Source: Paragordius varius (taxonomy: Eukaryota; Animalia; Nematomorpha). From it: a stretch of DNA of 64,000 bases. Below the pieces are notes generated by a model. That model was not told the DNA's origin, made no database searches, and was given only the letters and a program-made list of their open reading frames with translations. The translations under genes and the position numbers were made by a program. The first letter of the stretch is position 1. Every line of letters begins with the position of its first letter. The DNA lies in assembly GCA_964247055.1 (NCBI GenBank), contig OZ176054.1, forward strand, positions 9,424,001 to 9,488,000, given 5' to 3'. Shown in pieces: positions 41,009-52,404 of this stretch.

Positions 41009-42504
41009 CTAGTAAAATATTTAATTTAAAACAAAAATGTGTTAGCCTTTCCTTATTACTCTGATTTAGGAGCTTAATGCAAAATGCAGGAATTAAAATT
41101 AAACCGTGATAGTGGAAATCTATCATAATTTTTGGGAAACCTTTTGAAACCAAAAAACGGTTTTAAAAATATTATATTCTATGGAGATTTGAAAACAACT
41201 GTTGATATAAATAATTTTTGAACTTTTTAGTGAATGTATCATACAATACAATTTTAGGCTATATTTATTAAAATAAAGAGATCTGAGATTCATGATTATA
41301 TACGAGTTCAGTCAATTTAAAAAACTATGCAATCACATCATAAATTTTATCGAATAATTTGTCAGTTTAATATGCTTTTTGTTAGATAATTTTTTGATCA
41401 TTTAAGTCAGGAATATAATTAAAATACACATTTAACAAAAATAATGTTACATGATATATGTTTGTATTATTATGGAAATCAAATAAGATTGGAAAATAAT
41501 GAGAAATATGTGGTTAAATTTAGTAAAAAATGCGAAAAATAATGAAATATACGTAATTTATAACATTTATATATCGTATAAGGATTCAAAAAATATAATG
41601 AAATATTTACCGTATAGGGTTTCGATTGCATTCCAAATCTAATAAAATATAATGTAGTAAAGTAAAATGCAAATATTAAATTACATTTTGTCAAAATAAA
41701 AATCTAATAGAATTAGACAAAAAACCCAAGATCAACAGTTCATTATTTTTTCCACTTTTTTTGTATTATTTAACCTTTTGGGTTAATATTCCAGAGCTCA
41801 ATTTTGTAAATAAATTCTAGTTTTGAAAGTTATTTTAGTTAAAGTTTAATTATCAATATATTAGATAAAAAGTTATATTTTTACAGTTTTGTGATTTCTA
41901 CTGCTCCAAAATACAATTGAAACGAACAGCTGACATTAAAATAAAAAATGTATAAGGTTTTGCTGGTAAAATGTAGCCTAAAAACTTTTCAAAATTAATT
42001 ATTTTATTTTTCTAACCATGGTGTACAGTTATTTGCCTGTTGCAATAGCGATTTAAGAAAATTATAGAAAAAATGGCGGCAAAAAAGTTTGAGATGAGGA
42101 TTAATTAATAATTTTACATTTTTAATGCGCCTAAAAGGCTAAAGAAAGCATATTATTAAATTCGGCTTAATACCTTAAATACTTTTTAAGATATTCGAAT
42201 TTCAAATCGCTCCAGGATATTAACCTGCCCCAAAAGTGTTAAATTTATATTGAGGACAATCATTTTTAAAATAAACGATGATTGCTCCAAGTCCAACTAT
42301 GTTTTAAAATGTGCAAATATTTGGTCATATTGTAGTACTGAAATTCAATTTTAAATAGAGCCCAAATTTTTTAATAACATTAAAAACATACTATGGCAAT
42401 TTTTTACAATAACTTAACTAATTTAAACCCACATCATTATATAAATACACAATTATTTTGTAAACTTTCACTTATTTGAAGTATATAAAATATATTGATG
42501 GATC

Positions 42505-45027
42505 CTACTTTGATGCCAAAGAATTCGAGTTTGCAGAATCTTTGAGTGTTTTAGAGTGCCGACCACCCGAAGAAAAATTGAGGAGTAACAAGGCGGCTGG
42601 ATCAATGTTAGCCATTGTTTCAGGGGAAGCTAATGGGCTTGGAGTAGTCGTACTCTTTCCCAACACTAAATAACATTTTGTAAAAATGTAGATTTAAAGA
42701 AAAATGTTTAAAAAGGTCGTTAGAAAGCCATTTTCTGAAAAAGTAGATTACATATTTTTTATTGAAATAAATACGAAGAAAAATGTTTTAAAAGCAATGT
42801 TATTGTTAAAATTTATACAAAATTCGCCAAATTGAGCAAAGTTAAATAAAAATTTTGAGCTAGAAATAGCAAAGAAATGGATTAAAGGCGAACAAAATCA
42901 TAGTTTATAACATAAAGGTTTGATGCACAGATAAAATAAATGAGAATAAAACGCAATATATATTGCAATAACATCAAGAAGATTGAGTTAATGATTTATT
43001 TAGTTAAAACATTTTTTAGAAAATTTTATGTTTTATACACTACAATATCTTTGGAAATAAATTTATAATAAAAATAAAAATCATTATATTGAATAACCTA
43101 ATTATAAGGTTTTAGTATTTTTTATACTAATCATGGTTTAAGGCGGTATACTTATTTTATACCATATTCTATTACAATTTTATATATATAATTTAAAGCG
43201 TTTATTGTTAAGCATTTAGAAATAGGGACATTGCTTTACTTGAAACTATAGGAGGGGGCGGGGGTGGGACACACAATATCACATTGCTAGAAACATTAGG
43301 GGTGGAACTTAAAATTATATTATGCTTGGAGTCAGGAGGAACAGGCAATAATGATTGTGGTAAGGAGGGAGCTTGCTGATGTTGCAAGGTTGTAGTATCA
43401 ACCAAACTTTTCATCCCTAATTATATATATACCATTTTCAGTTCAAATTCACCCTGAAATATTATGTTTTTTTTAAAAAAATTTAAAATTAACTACATTT
43501 TTTAACATTTTTAAAAAATGATTTTTGTTTAAAATTAATATATAATATTGAAAAAATAATGAACTATGCTATAATGGATATATTTTATATTGTTGCTAAA
43601 TTCATTGTTAGTGCAATGATATGGATATTAGAAAGAGGTCTATAGTATGCATTTTAATGGTTGCTTATTTCACACCATAGTAGGGCAACTTGCAGCGCAG
43701 GATGTATAAAAAAGAAAAGAAATAATTTTTTGTTTAACATATTGTTGTTTTTTCCACACACTACTGTGTTGCGAATTGCCCTACTATACTGTGAAATAAG
43801 CAACTATTAAAATGCATACTGTATATTAATATAATAAACCCTAGAATTGTTTACAAATTAGGAAAAATAATGCAAAAATGTTTGTCTGCAAAAGTTAAAA
43901 TTTATACATTTCCAGGTTTAAAACGATTCTTAAAATTATAAAAACAAAAAAAATTCAAATGAAATTCGGAAAATACAAAAAATATGATGAAAAAATGGAA
44001 AAGATAATTTTTCAAAATAAACCCTATGAAAACGTTCTATCCTAACTAACTTACATATAATCGCTAATAATTACAACCTGGGCAATTAACATTGGTGTTG
44101 GAGAATAAAAAGGGTATAGGTGGTGGAGGCATATTCAATGATGACGATATATTTGCTAGCGTTTTGGTATCAAGCGGTTTGTATGAATTTATGCTGGATT
44201 CAGAGGTTTTAGGGTTGGTTTGTTTGTAAAAAATTGAACTTATTGGTTTATTGTAATTTGAAGGGGCAATCGATGATTTATTAGCCGGTGTCATATTTAA
44301 TTTTTGAAGCGACGGAGTTGAATGCAAATTTGTGGTATCTTTACTACTGACTACCATATATGGATGGGTCATGGTTCTTTTATAATTTTGAGAGAGTTTT
44401 GTGGTTGAAACACCGGATTCTAATTTAATGTCTTTGTTAATATCCAATTTTCGAGCCTGATTATCAGAAGGTTGAATAGGGGGATTTTTAGATTTACTGT
44501 TATTTTTGGCTTTTTCAGTTTCAATATTTTTTCGTGTTTCGGTCAAAATCGATTTTAACGGTTTTTCATCCGTGTTGGTTTCATTGCTATGTTTACAAAA
44601 TATATTTAAATCCTCTTTCGAAAGATATGATAAGTTGCAAATTTTGGCTTGTATTATCTCTTGGCAAATATGAATTTTATCAAAAGGAACTTTTTCAACA
44701 AGCGTTATTAAAGAATTACACCTATAATATATTTAATGATAACTGAAAGCAGAAGTGATCCTTTAAATTATTAACACAATCAAAGCAAAACGAATGTTTG
44801 CACGGCAACTACTAATTACAAAAAGAATACCAAACGGCCGTAAATAATTACAGGGCAGTCACATATACCACACATATAAAATTTTGTTTTTATAACAGAT
44901 GCATTGTTAGAAATCTATATAAAAATAAAATAAAAACCGGATAATCCCATTTTAAAGTTGTTTCTTTTTTGAAAGGAAAGCTGTTAAAGTCGAAAAAATC
45001 GCAATTCAAATCAGAGTTTTTCTCCAT
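42505..45027 (-). CDS. CBLL1: Hakai/CBLL1 E3 ubiquitin ligase (RING/HYB domain plus Pro-rich tail), 6 exons, ~406 aa
   Basis: Exons (-) 45027-44938, 44914-44831, 44808-44744, 44721-44078, 43416-43240, 42665-42505 join in frame (1221 nt). Spliced protein: LKWDYP|ISNN...FYICGICDCPVIIYGRL|LPCKHSFCFDCVNNLKDHFCFQ|CNSLITLVEK...IHIC...ICNLSYLSKEDL, matching recalled Hakai [27 protein letters not shown]...CPGC...FMC...CKRTYLSQRDL. Confidence 0.85.
43643..43821. mobile_element. Tc1/mariner-type MITE (179 bp) in a Hakai intron
   Basis: ~50-bp TIRs (tagtatgcattttaatggttgcttatttcac...tagtagggcaa vs ttgccctactat...gtgaaataagcaactattaaaatgcatactg) flanked by TA on both sides. Confidence 0.85.
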
Positions 45028-45439
45028 GTGTTATTGTGCATACATGTTGTTAGCTAGAGGTTTCGATCTGCGCAAAAGCGGTTTTCATTATTTTATTTGC
45101 TAATATTCTTGCTTGCCTAGAATCTTACTAATTTTAATTCTTTTCTTGGTCTGAATATATTTTTATTATGGATTCACTCTTGCCTATATTAATCGAATTT
45201 CCTCCTTATTTATAACTATTCGTTTTCGCTTTTAGCGCTATTTAACATGATATTTAGTTTTTTGATGATTAATTTTGTTAATCGGTAACTCGCTTGTAAT
45301 ATGTTAATTTTTAACTCATCGTGTTGTTATCATAAATCATTAATTAGTTTAGGCCCCTAATATATATCGATTTTTTACATTTGCTTATCATCTATGTATT
45401 CTAGTATCATAAGTTTCATTGCATATATTTGTTAGAAGC

Positions 45440-46100
45440 CGTGAAGAATGATATGACGTTCCCCTGTCCTGAGGCTAAAAGGGTAGGAAGGCAGTAAGGG
45501 TCGTCCTGTGAGGACAGTTACGGTAAGGGTAAGCCTGTCACACCCTTTTGTGGATACCTGGATAGCTTTGGATACAGAAAGGGAGATCTTTTGTTGACAG
45601 GGCGACGTAGGTCTGCTACATCCTTTTCAAGCAATCTTGATACTCCGTGTTGAAACACGGAATCGTACCATGCCCGTCGCACTTAAACAGCGAAGTTAGA
45701 AAAATATGGAGACTTTTGTTTGAAAAATATCATGATCTAAAAAATTCAATTTTGGGCATCAGCCGCTTCTATAGCGTGTCAGATACATGCGGATCAAATG
45801 TTATCAAAGTTTTTAATTATAAAAAAGATATTTATCATATGATAATAACAGTTTAAGTAACAACATTAAGCAATAATATAGATTGATGTCTTATCTCTGC
45901 TTCCACGTGGTAATGCCGTAAAAATTACCTGCAAAACTAAGGAAGCATGTTGATTATAGTCTTTTATTACATCTCTTGCCCAAAACAGTAAATAAGCTAT
46001 TATCCGAAGTTAAACGTTGGTTTATATGGACATATATTCCGACTTTGCATACTACAAAACTGTCGATAAACGACTCTCAAAATCATTGATTATGTGTATT
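45440..46100 (+). mobile_element. Probable decayed 5' end of a LINE (UTR plus AP-endonuclease start)
   Basis: GC-richer block; LILRVETRNRTM and EKYHDLKNSILGISR loosely resemble the APE N-terminal TWNVRT and DILGISE motifs; many stops. Confidence 0.3.
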
Positions 46101-46497
46101 ATAGCACTTGTTTTACTAAGAGCACTAATCGGTTATCCAATTTTAAGAAAATTTAATTAAAAATAACAACACACAGGAAAAACAACCATTATCAAATTGA
46201 TTCTCTTAACAAAACGCGTGACCTTTCCTGATCACGCCTCATTGTGACTTAGTCTTTAAATGGATCGGACGGTTTTTTTCAAAAAAAGAAAACAATAAAT
46301 AAGCCTAGACCTAATATATTTTTTAACAAGAGTTTACCTTAACGTTATTTTTATTCGTTTAATGCAGCTCTCACACTATGCTCATAATTGTTCCCTATTT
46401 AATACTAGATTATTGTATTCAATTATTAGAGGTGTATAAAATTTATATTTCTAAAACAATTTTAATTATATTCCTTTCGTGAAACTTTAGTTTATAA

Positions 46498-47098
46498 CTA
46501 GCGTAAATCTCGTGCTGCTACCAGCCCGAGGAATTCCTTCGGACTTCTGGGGGGGGGGGGGGGGGGGCTATTTGAAAAAAGGGACAATAAAATGATCCAA
46601 ATATGTGAATTATTTCGAAACATTATTTAATAGCTATGATCTCATAGGAATTTCAAAACGGTGCATTCATACTAATTTGTTTACTTGGGGGAAAAAGAGA
46701 TTCAACAAATTATTTTTGTGGACTTTGTTTTTTGAAAAAAATGGGATTTAACGGGGGGAGCGGGTAAAAAGAGGGCCTAAATTAAAAAAGCGAGACTACT
46801 ATGTTCGGCGCAATCGAAAATAACTAAACAAAAATCACATTTGAAATTGAATGGTCCAACAAATTCTCCTGAAAATTGTCTCAAAGACACGATTTTTGTG
46901 GACTTCTGTTTTCAAAAAAAACCTGTTTTTCACACGGGATGGGCCCGAAATGGGGGCCTATTTCAAAAAAAGGGCGAAGCTATTGTCGGGGCATTCATTA
47001 ATGATTATATTTTTTCGAAATTTGGATTTGAATGGGTCTACCGGTTTTCCGGAAACAGATCACAAAGCCATCATTTTCCATTTTTATAAATATATAGA
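46498..47098 (-). mobile_element. Short non-autonomous Helitron (601 bp)
   Basis: On the minus strand A|TCTATATATTTATAAAAATGG...cgggctggtagcagcacg hairpin...gagatttacgCTAG|T: canonical 5'-TC, 3'-CTAG, A|T insertion and no TSD. Confidence 0.9.
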
Positions 47099-48065
47099 TT
47101 ACAGATGAGTTTTTACACATTTTTACCCCTACATTTTTGAGTAAAAAAGTAAAATTATATACAGACAAAACGTTAAATCCTAAAACGAAATTTTAAAAAG
47201 CAACCAAACTTTTTCACCCTTGATTTTTTATTTCTTAAAAGTAATCGTTTAAAAATTGCAAAATACAAATAGAGATGTAAATTGGTAACATATTTAATTA
47301 TTTTATATATTTAAAATTGTAATTACAAAATTTAGGTAGTACCATCAATATTTAATAATTATTATTAAAAAAATTTATCTGCCTATTAATTTTTAAACAC
47401 ATCTTGTCTGCATGATTATTTTGATTTTATTATCTAGTATAAATATTGATAATAAAAAATTTAGCCAAAAACAATATTCCGAAAAAAGTTGTACATTATG
47501 ATTTCAATGGTTTTCTTTTTTCTCATGGGTAATTTTTGAAATTATATACATAATTAATACATCCTATATTGTCATTTAAATACGATTTTCGTAAGTATTC
47601 ATCAAAATTAAAATTTGAACAATTTAATATCATTTTTATTTTATTCACTAACCTTTTAAAAATAATTGTGAAAAAAATATATAAATCTCATAACCAAACC
47701 AATATCTCTCTTATTTATGTTGTAATTTAGCCCAGAAGCACATAATCTGTTTCTAGGATGAATTTGAATAATTGTTAGAGTTAATTTCGATGGTAAAAGA
47801 AAAAGTTACTATTTTAAAGCGGTTCTCAATTCACATCCTGGTTTAAAAATTAAACAAACAAATATTTTTCAGTCCTCAGTATATTATATTTTTTAATACG
47901 ATTTTTCCGTTTATTTATTGATTATTATGCCATATAGTAGCATATGGTGCGAAATAATTTTGGCTAGTTAGATATTTTTTTTGCTTTTTCTTGCTATCCA
48001 CCAATTATAATTCTCTGGCTGTATATGATATTAGCATTAATATTCAATGAAAAACTAGCAATGTA

Positions 48066-48261
48066 CAGTATGAGTAAGTATCCATTGCTCGAAAGTTATT
48101 AATGATTGCCAAATAGTGTATACAACAAAGGGCTGTATTATTGGCTTATAGTTATTTTTTTCACTTTTTACTATTATTAACCAATAATACTTCCATTTTT
48201 GTATATGTTTTTTGGCAATAATTGATAACTTTCTAGCAACAATGTATACTTACCAATACTA
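48066..48261. mobile_element. Small foldback/MITE with ~80-bp inverted arms
   Basis: agtatgagtaagtatccattgctcgaaagttattaatgattgccaa...gtattattgg is the diverged reverse complement of ccaataatac...ttggcaataattgataactttctagcaacaatgtatacttaccaatact. Confidence 0.7.
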
Positions 48262-49379
48262 CCCTCATAGTAAGTTATTCACACTGAAAAAAAGCTAAAC
48301 ATTCTCGAAATCATTTGTAAAAAATATTTTATAAACTTTTATCTTATTAAAAATCAAAATGCTGTTTGTATGGGAATAGTATCGTAAGACCCAGTATAAT
48401 GATTACGCCAGTTAAGGTAAAACCATGGTACCTCGGAAGTAATCCAGGTTCCAAGACCTACCACTTCTAATCCCGACATCACAAATCATGAATAGACTAA
48501 ATAATAAATTTTATAATATTAGAAAATGTTATATAAACGTGCTAGATTAATATTTTATACATATATGTAAATTGCGGTATAAATTGAAAATGTACACATA
48601 AAACGTAAAAATAAAACCATTTTTTAAAAAGACAACCATATTTTTTATACCAAGATACCTTCTACATATATGCTATATAATTACAGTTATTCAATGGTTT
48701 AGTTAAGTGTGTTACCAATTCAGCTTTCTATCAGCCTGTAGCTACTTTCTAATTAGCCCTTCAGTTAGACCTTATCGCCTGTTTAAATAGAGTTGTCGAA
48801 ATAACATTAGCCTTAAAATGGTGCATTTAAGACAACTTTCCGCAAAACATGTAGATCATTCGAATTATAAAGAATTATATTTATTTTTTTATAAATGCCC
48901 CGACTATTTTCAACGCATTTGGTTAATTTATGTAAAAAAAACTAAGTAATTTAAAATAAAATTTGGACCGATTGTCTCAAGTTATAGATTGTTAAATAAA
49001 TAATAATTTCTAGTGTTCCACCTACAAACACAAACATTTTAGTAAAGCTCGTTTTTATATAAGGACTTGGTTGGGCGCAAGCGTTAAATAGCTCCATCAT
49101 ATAACGTAGCTTTAAAACAAATTTCTAGATAATAAAACCATATGGATCTCATTTCTCAAATGGCAAAAAATTACAGAACATTTTTTTTCAATTAGTCAGT
49201 GTGTAGGGATTATCCTATGTAGAATACGCCACCACGGGAAATTTGTTCTAAAGTAAGGGAATTACAAATGGTTTAATGAATTTTTTATATACAATAAATC
49301 AGTCCAGATTTATCAAGCGCTGAGGCCCACGTTTTGTAAAATCCACTATTATCTTAAAAATAATTTGGCTTTAAGACTC

Positions 49380-49900
49380 GTTTTTGAAAAAATTATGAAA
49401 CATATGGAATCAATAATGACTCTAGGAAAGGTGAACGCTTAATATCTGGTGGGTAAATCTCCCTGCTCTGTAAAATAAGCCACCGTGTAAAAATGAGGTG
49501 ACACAGACCATAAAACTTAATATGCCATATTTAATTTTTGATCTAGTTTAATGCTAAAAAAAGATATTTTTTTATTAACCACTGATTCCATCTTTTTAAA
49601 ATACGTTATTATGTTTGCTTTTACATTTTAAACGATTTTTTACATTGGCCAGGTAAGACACTACCCGCTTAATACCCGTCATATCAATAACCGTGTAAAA
49701 TTTTACCAAAAGCACATACCATGTTCTTGAGATATTTCTCGTACAAAAGCAAAAATTATAGCCAGGCGCTTTTTTGAATTAGCCTGGTAGGGCTCCACAT
49801 CTTAAAAATGAACCTTTTCATGTGAATAGTGGTTTGGTAGGGATTTTCAAAAAATAGAGATTACATAAAATATAAAATATCTGAAAGTCAAATTTAGTTA
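49380..49900 (+). repeat. Old remnant related to the ~320-bp Helitron-internal satellite
   Basis: catatggaatcaataatgact and aaaagcaaaaattatagccaggcgctttttt match unit motifs at 10855-10910 and 23420-23455. Confidence 0.45.
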
Positions 49901-50053
49901 TGACGCTATGCTTTTAGTGACTTATGAACTGAACCTTACCCTACAAGCCACCATGTGAAAATAGCATGAATTACCAGATAACAATAAAGGGATAACTATC
50001 TTTTGTATGAAGGCAAATTCAGTCACACTTTTATATTCATAAGCTTCTATTCA

Positions 50054-50321
50054 ACGGCGTAGCTAGAGGGGGCGGGGAAAGGGGGCTGATGCACCGGGCG
50101 CCATAGTAGAGGGGCGCTGGATTTCAAAAAATATTAATTTTAAAAAATGGTATTTAAAGGTTATCATTTTAAATAATACATAAAAAATCACCCATTTATG
50201 AGTGTTAACGACCACATTTTAAAATTGATTATATTTTTAATATGCAAGGGGTCCCATGGAGGGGGATGGACGAGTCATCTCGGATTTATGCACTAGGCGG
50301 TAGAAATGCAAGCTACACGTC
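50054..50321. mobile_element. GC-rich MITE-like element with short imperfect TIRs
   Basis: acggcgtagct...agctacacgt termini and internal tgcaccgggcgcc / tgcactaggcgg motifs in otherwise AT-rich DNA; a similar-style element may lie at ~39066-39225. Confidence 0.5.
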
Positions 50322-51288
50322 TATTTTTAAGGCACCGCTCTAGTTTGTTTAACGTCAAAAACGGGGTTTTGAAACAATCGAGCTGTTTAAAACAATAATT
50401 AGCTATTTCATGTACAGAGGCCAAGAATTTAGTTAAGGTGCTATTTACTATTAGCTCGTAGGCAAGACCCTACTCTTAATTATAACACTACAATATCTGA
50501 TTTTTACATTTTCCCTAAAGCTTACCTTATGAAATTAATATTTTCCATTTAAAGCAAAGATTTGGCCAAGAGCTTTTTTGAAATGAGCACGTGGTTAAGG
50601 ACGTCCTCCTATACGCCTCCAATCATAAATATCGTACTAGCCAAATTTTTTTCTGTTCATGACAGAATAAATTCATTCTGATATACTAATGTTGTCGAGT
50701 CACATAGATGCGTGGCAAGGCCTGTACGATAAAAATGCAATTTTTTAATTTTCATAGTCGTAAAAATACAATAACTATCCAGCGTGTAACACCAAATTTT
50801 TCATTAGCCATTAAAATGATGATTTTAGCTATCAATTATATCATTCATTTCTTATTTTGTGCGCTCACCGTTGTGCAAATAAGAATACCAAATTTATACA
50901 GATATCAAGCGCATTCCAGTTAAAACCAGTTAAGAGGCTCTTGGCTGTAAATGCATTAAGCAATGTTATGTTTAGCAAATAAAGATAAAATTAAATTTTA
51001 CAATGTGCCCTAGCCTATATAAAATTAAATTAACATTTTTAAATAGAAATAAAATCATCCTCATGCTTAATTAAACATTTGTTGTATCATGAATAGGTAT
51101 CTATAACATAAGCATTAAAATTGAATCGACCTATAACAAAATTGCATAAGATTCGTTACTGTTAAAAAGCCAAATTAAACAGTAAATTAAAGATTGCGTA
51201 AGATTTCGATAACCCTTAGTTGGAAAAACTATATAAATAACGTATCTGTATCAGAGATTATTATTAAATTTTTTACACAGTTTTTTCG

Positions 51289-52074
51289 ATGAAATCTACG
51301 CTATTAATAATAGCCATCTATCTTCTTTTTGGAGCTTCTTTGGCAGGTAAAAATTTTGCAGTTATTATATGCATGAATTAGTAAACTCGACTTTAAAGGG
51401 CCCTATGCTTATAGTTATTATTTTCTCAAAATCATTTAACGAAGAAATGTTACTTAAATGTTCACAAGGATTATCAAACTTCAAATTTATTTTAAATTAG
51501 CTTTATTTAATAACAATTTTATTTTTATATCAACATTTTTTATTAGCATACATAATGGATCCCAGTAGAGATGTTGCATATCGTGCTTTTCATAAAGATA
51601 CACCATACCATGTAAATATTTATCTGTTGTGTTAACTAATTGGTTGTTTTTTACAGATTATGGATTCTACTATTTAAAACCATTTATATTTAACAATTAG
51701 GTAAAAATAGTGCTTCCTTCTCGAAACTGTCTGGGAAGCTACATATCGCGTAAACACATTTTAGCATCAAAGGAGTGCGTGAAAGACGTTGAGTATGTCA
51801 AACAATTTTTTTGACAAATTTAAATTTTTTTTGTTAAATATTAATGGAATTTTTTTCATCAGCTGAAATGATGTAATTATAGTGTTAGCATCTAACGTTA
51901 ACCAAACTTTATATTTATTTTAGCCCGGATTCCATATCGATTGAGGGGGAAAATATAAAAGATCCAAGCATTAAAGTTGAGGATGTTATTAATGGGCCCA
52001 AAGACTATCCATTATCTATATTAATACTTAAAGAGGAACAATATGGGTCAACGTTTTTTGCGGATACTTCATGA
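51289..52074 (+). CDS. Small secreted trypsin-fold (S1) protease homologue lacking catalytic residues, 4 exons, 121 aa
   Basis: Exons 51289-51346, 51547-51611, 51701-51792, 51924-52074 join in frame with GT-AG: MKSTLLIIAIYLLFGASLA (signal peptide) AYIMDPS...TPYHVKIVLPSRNCLGSYISRKHILASKECVKDVDPDSISIEG...IKVEDVINGPKDYPLSILILKEEQYGSTFFADTS*. C-x15-C spacing equals chymotrypsin Cys42-Cys58. Confidence 0.7.
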
Positions 52075-52404
52075 TAAATTTTAAAATCAATAGTTTATGT
52101 AAAATTTTTACTTTTACTAATTCTTTATTCAAAACAGGGAGTTTGTTTATAGATGTGATGTATTTGAATAATTTATTAATAAATTGGCATTATTTTTGAT
52201 AATTCAATAACAGTCGCTTCTTATATATAAATAGATTTTTGAATAAAATATTTTATTTGGTTTGTAATATGGTCTATACACTGTTTACACAAAAAATATC
52301 TTGATGATATATATATTTTATAGATAAATATATCAAAATTCTCAAGGTTATTTTTGGGTCTTACAAGTAGAAAATTATTACCACTTGTGTAGTAGCTCCA
52401 TATC

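Noticed and set aside
43422-43460. Apparent micro-exon GEFELKM followed by a 16-nt intron in Hakai
   Set aside because: The sequence is a fragment of the 58491 MITE terminal repeat, and the gene splices in frame without it.
46549-46567. ~19-nt poly-G run as a G-quadruplex or regulatory element
   Set aside because: It is an expanded copy of the C-run present in every Helitron copy's 3' region, and may also reflect homopolymer length error.
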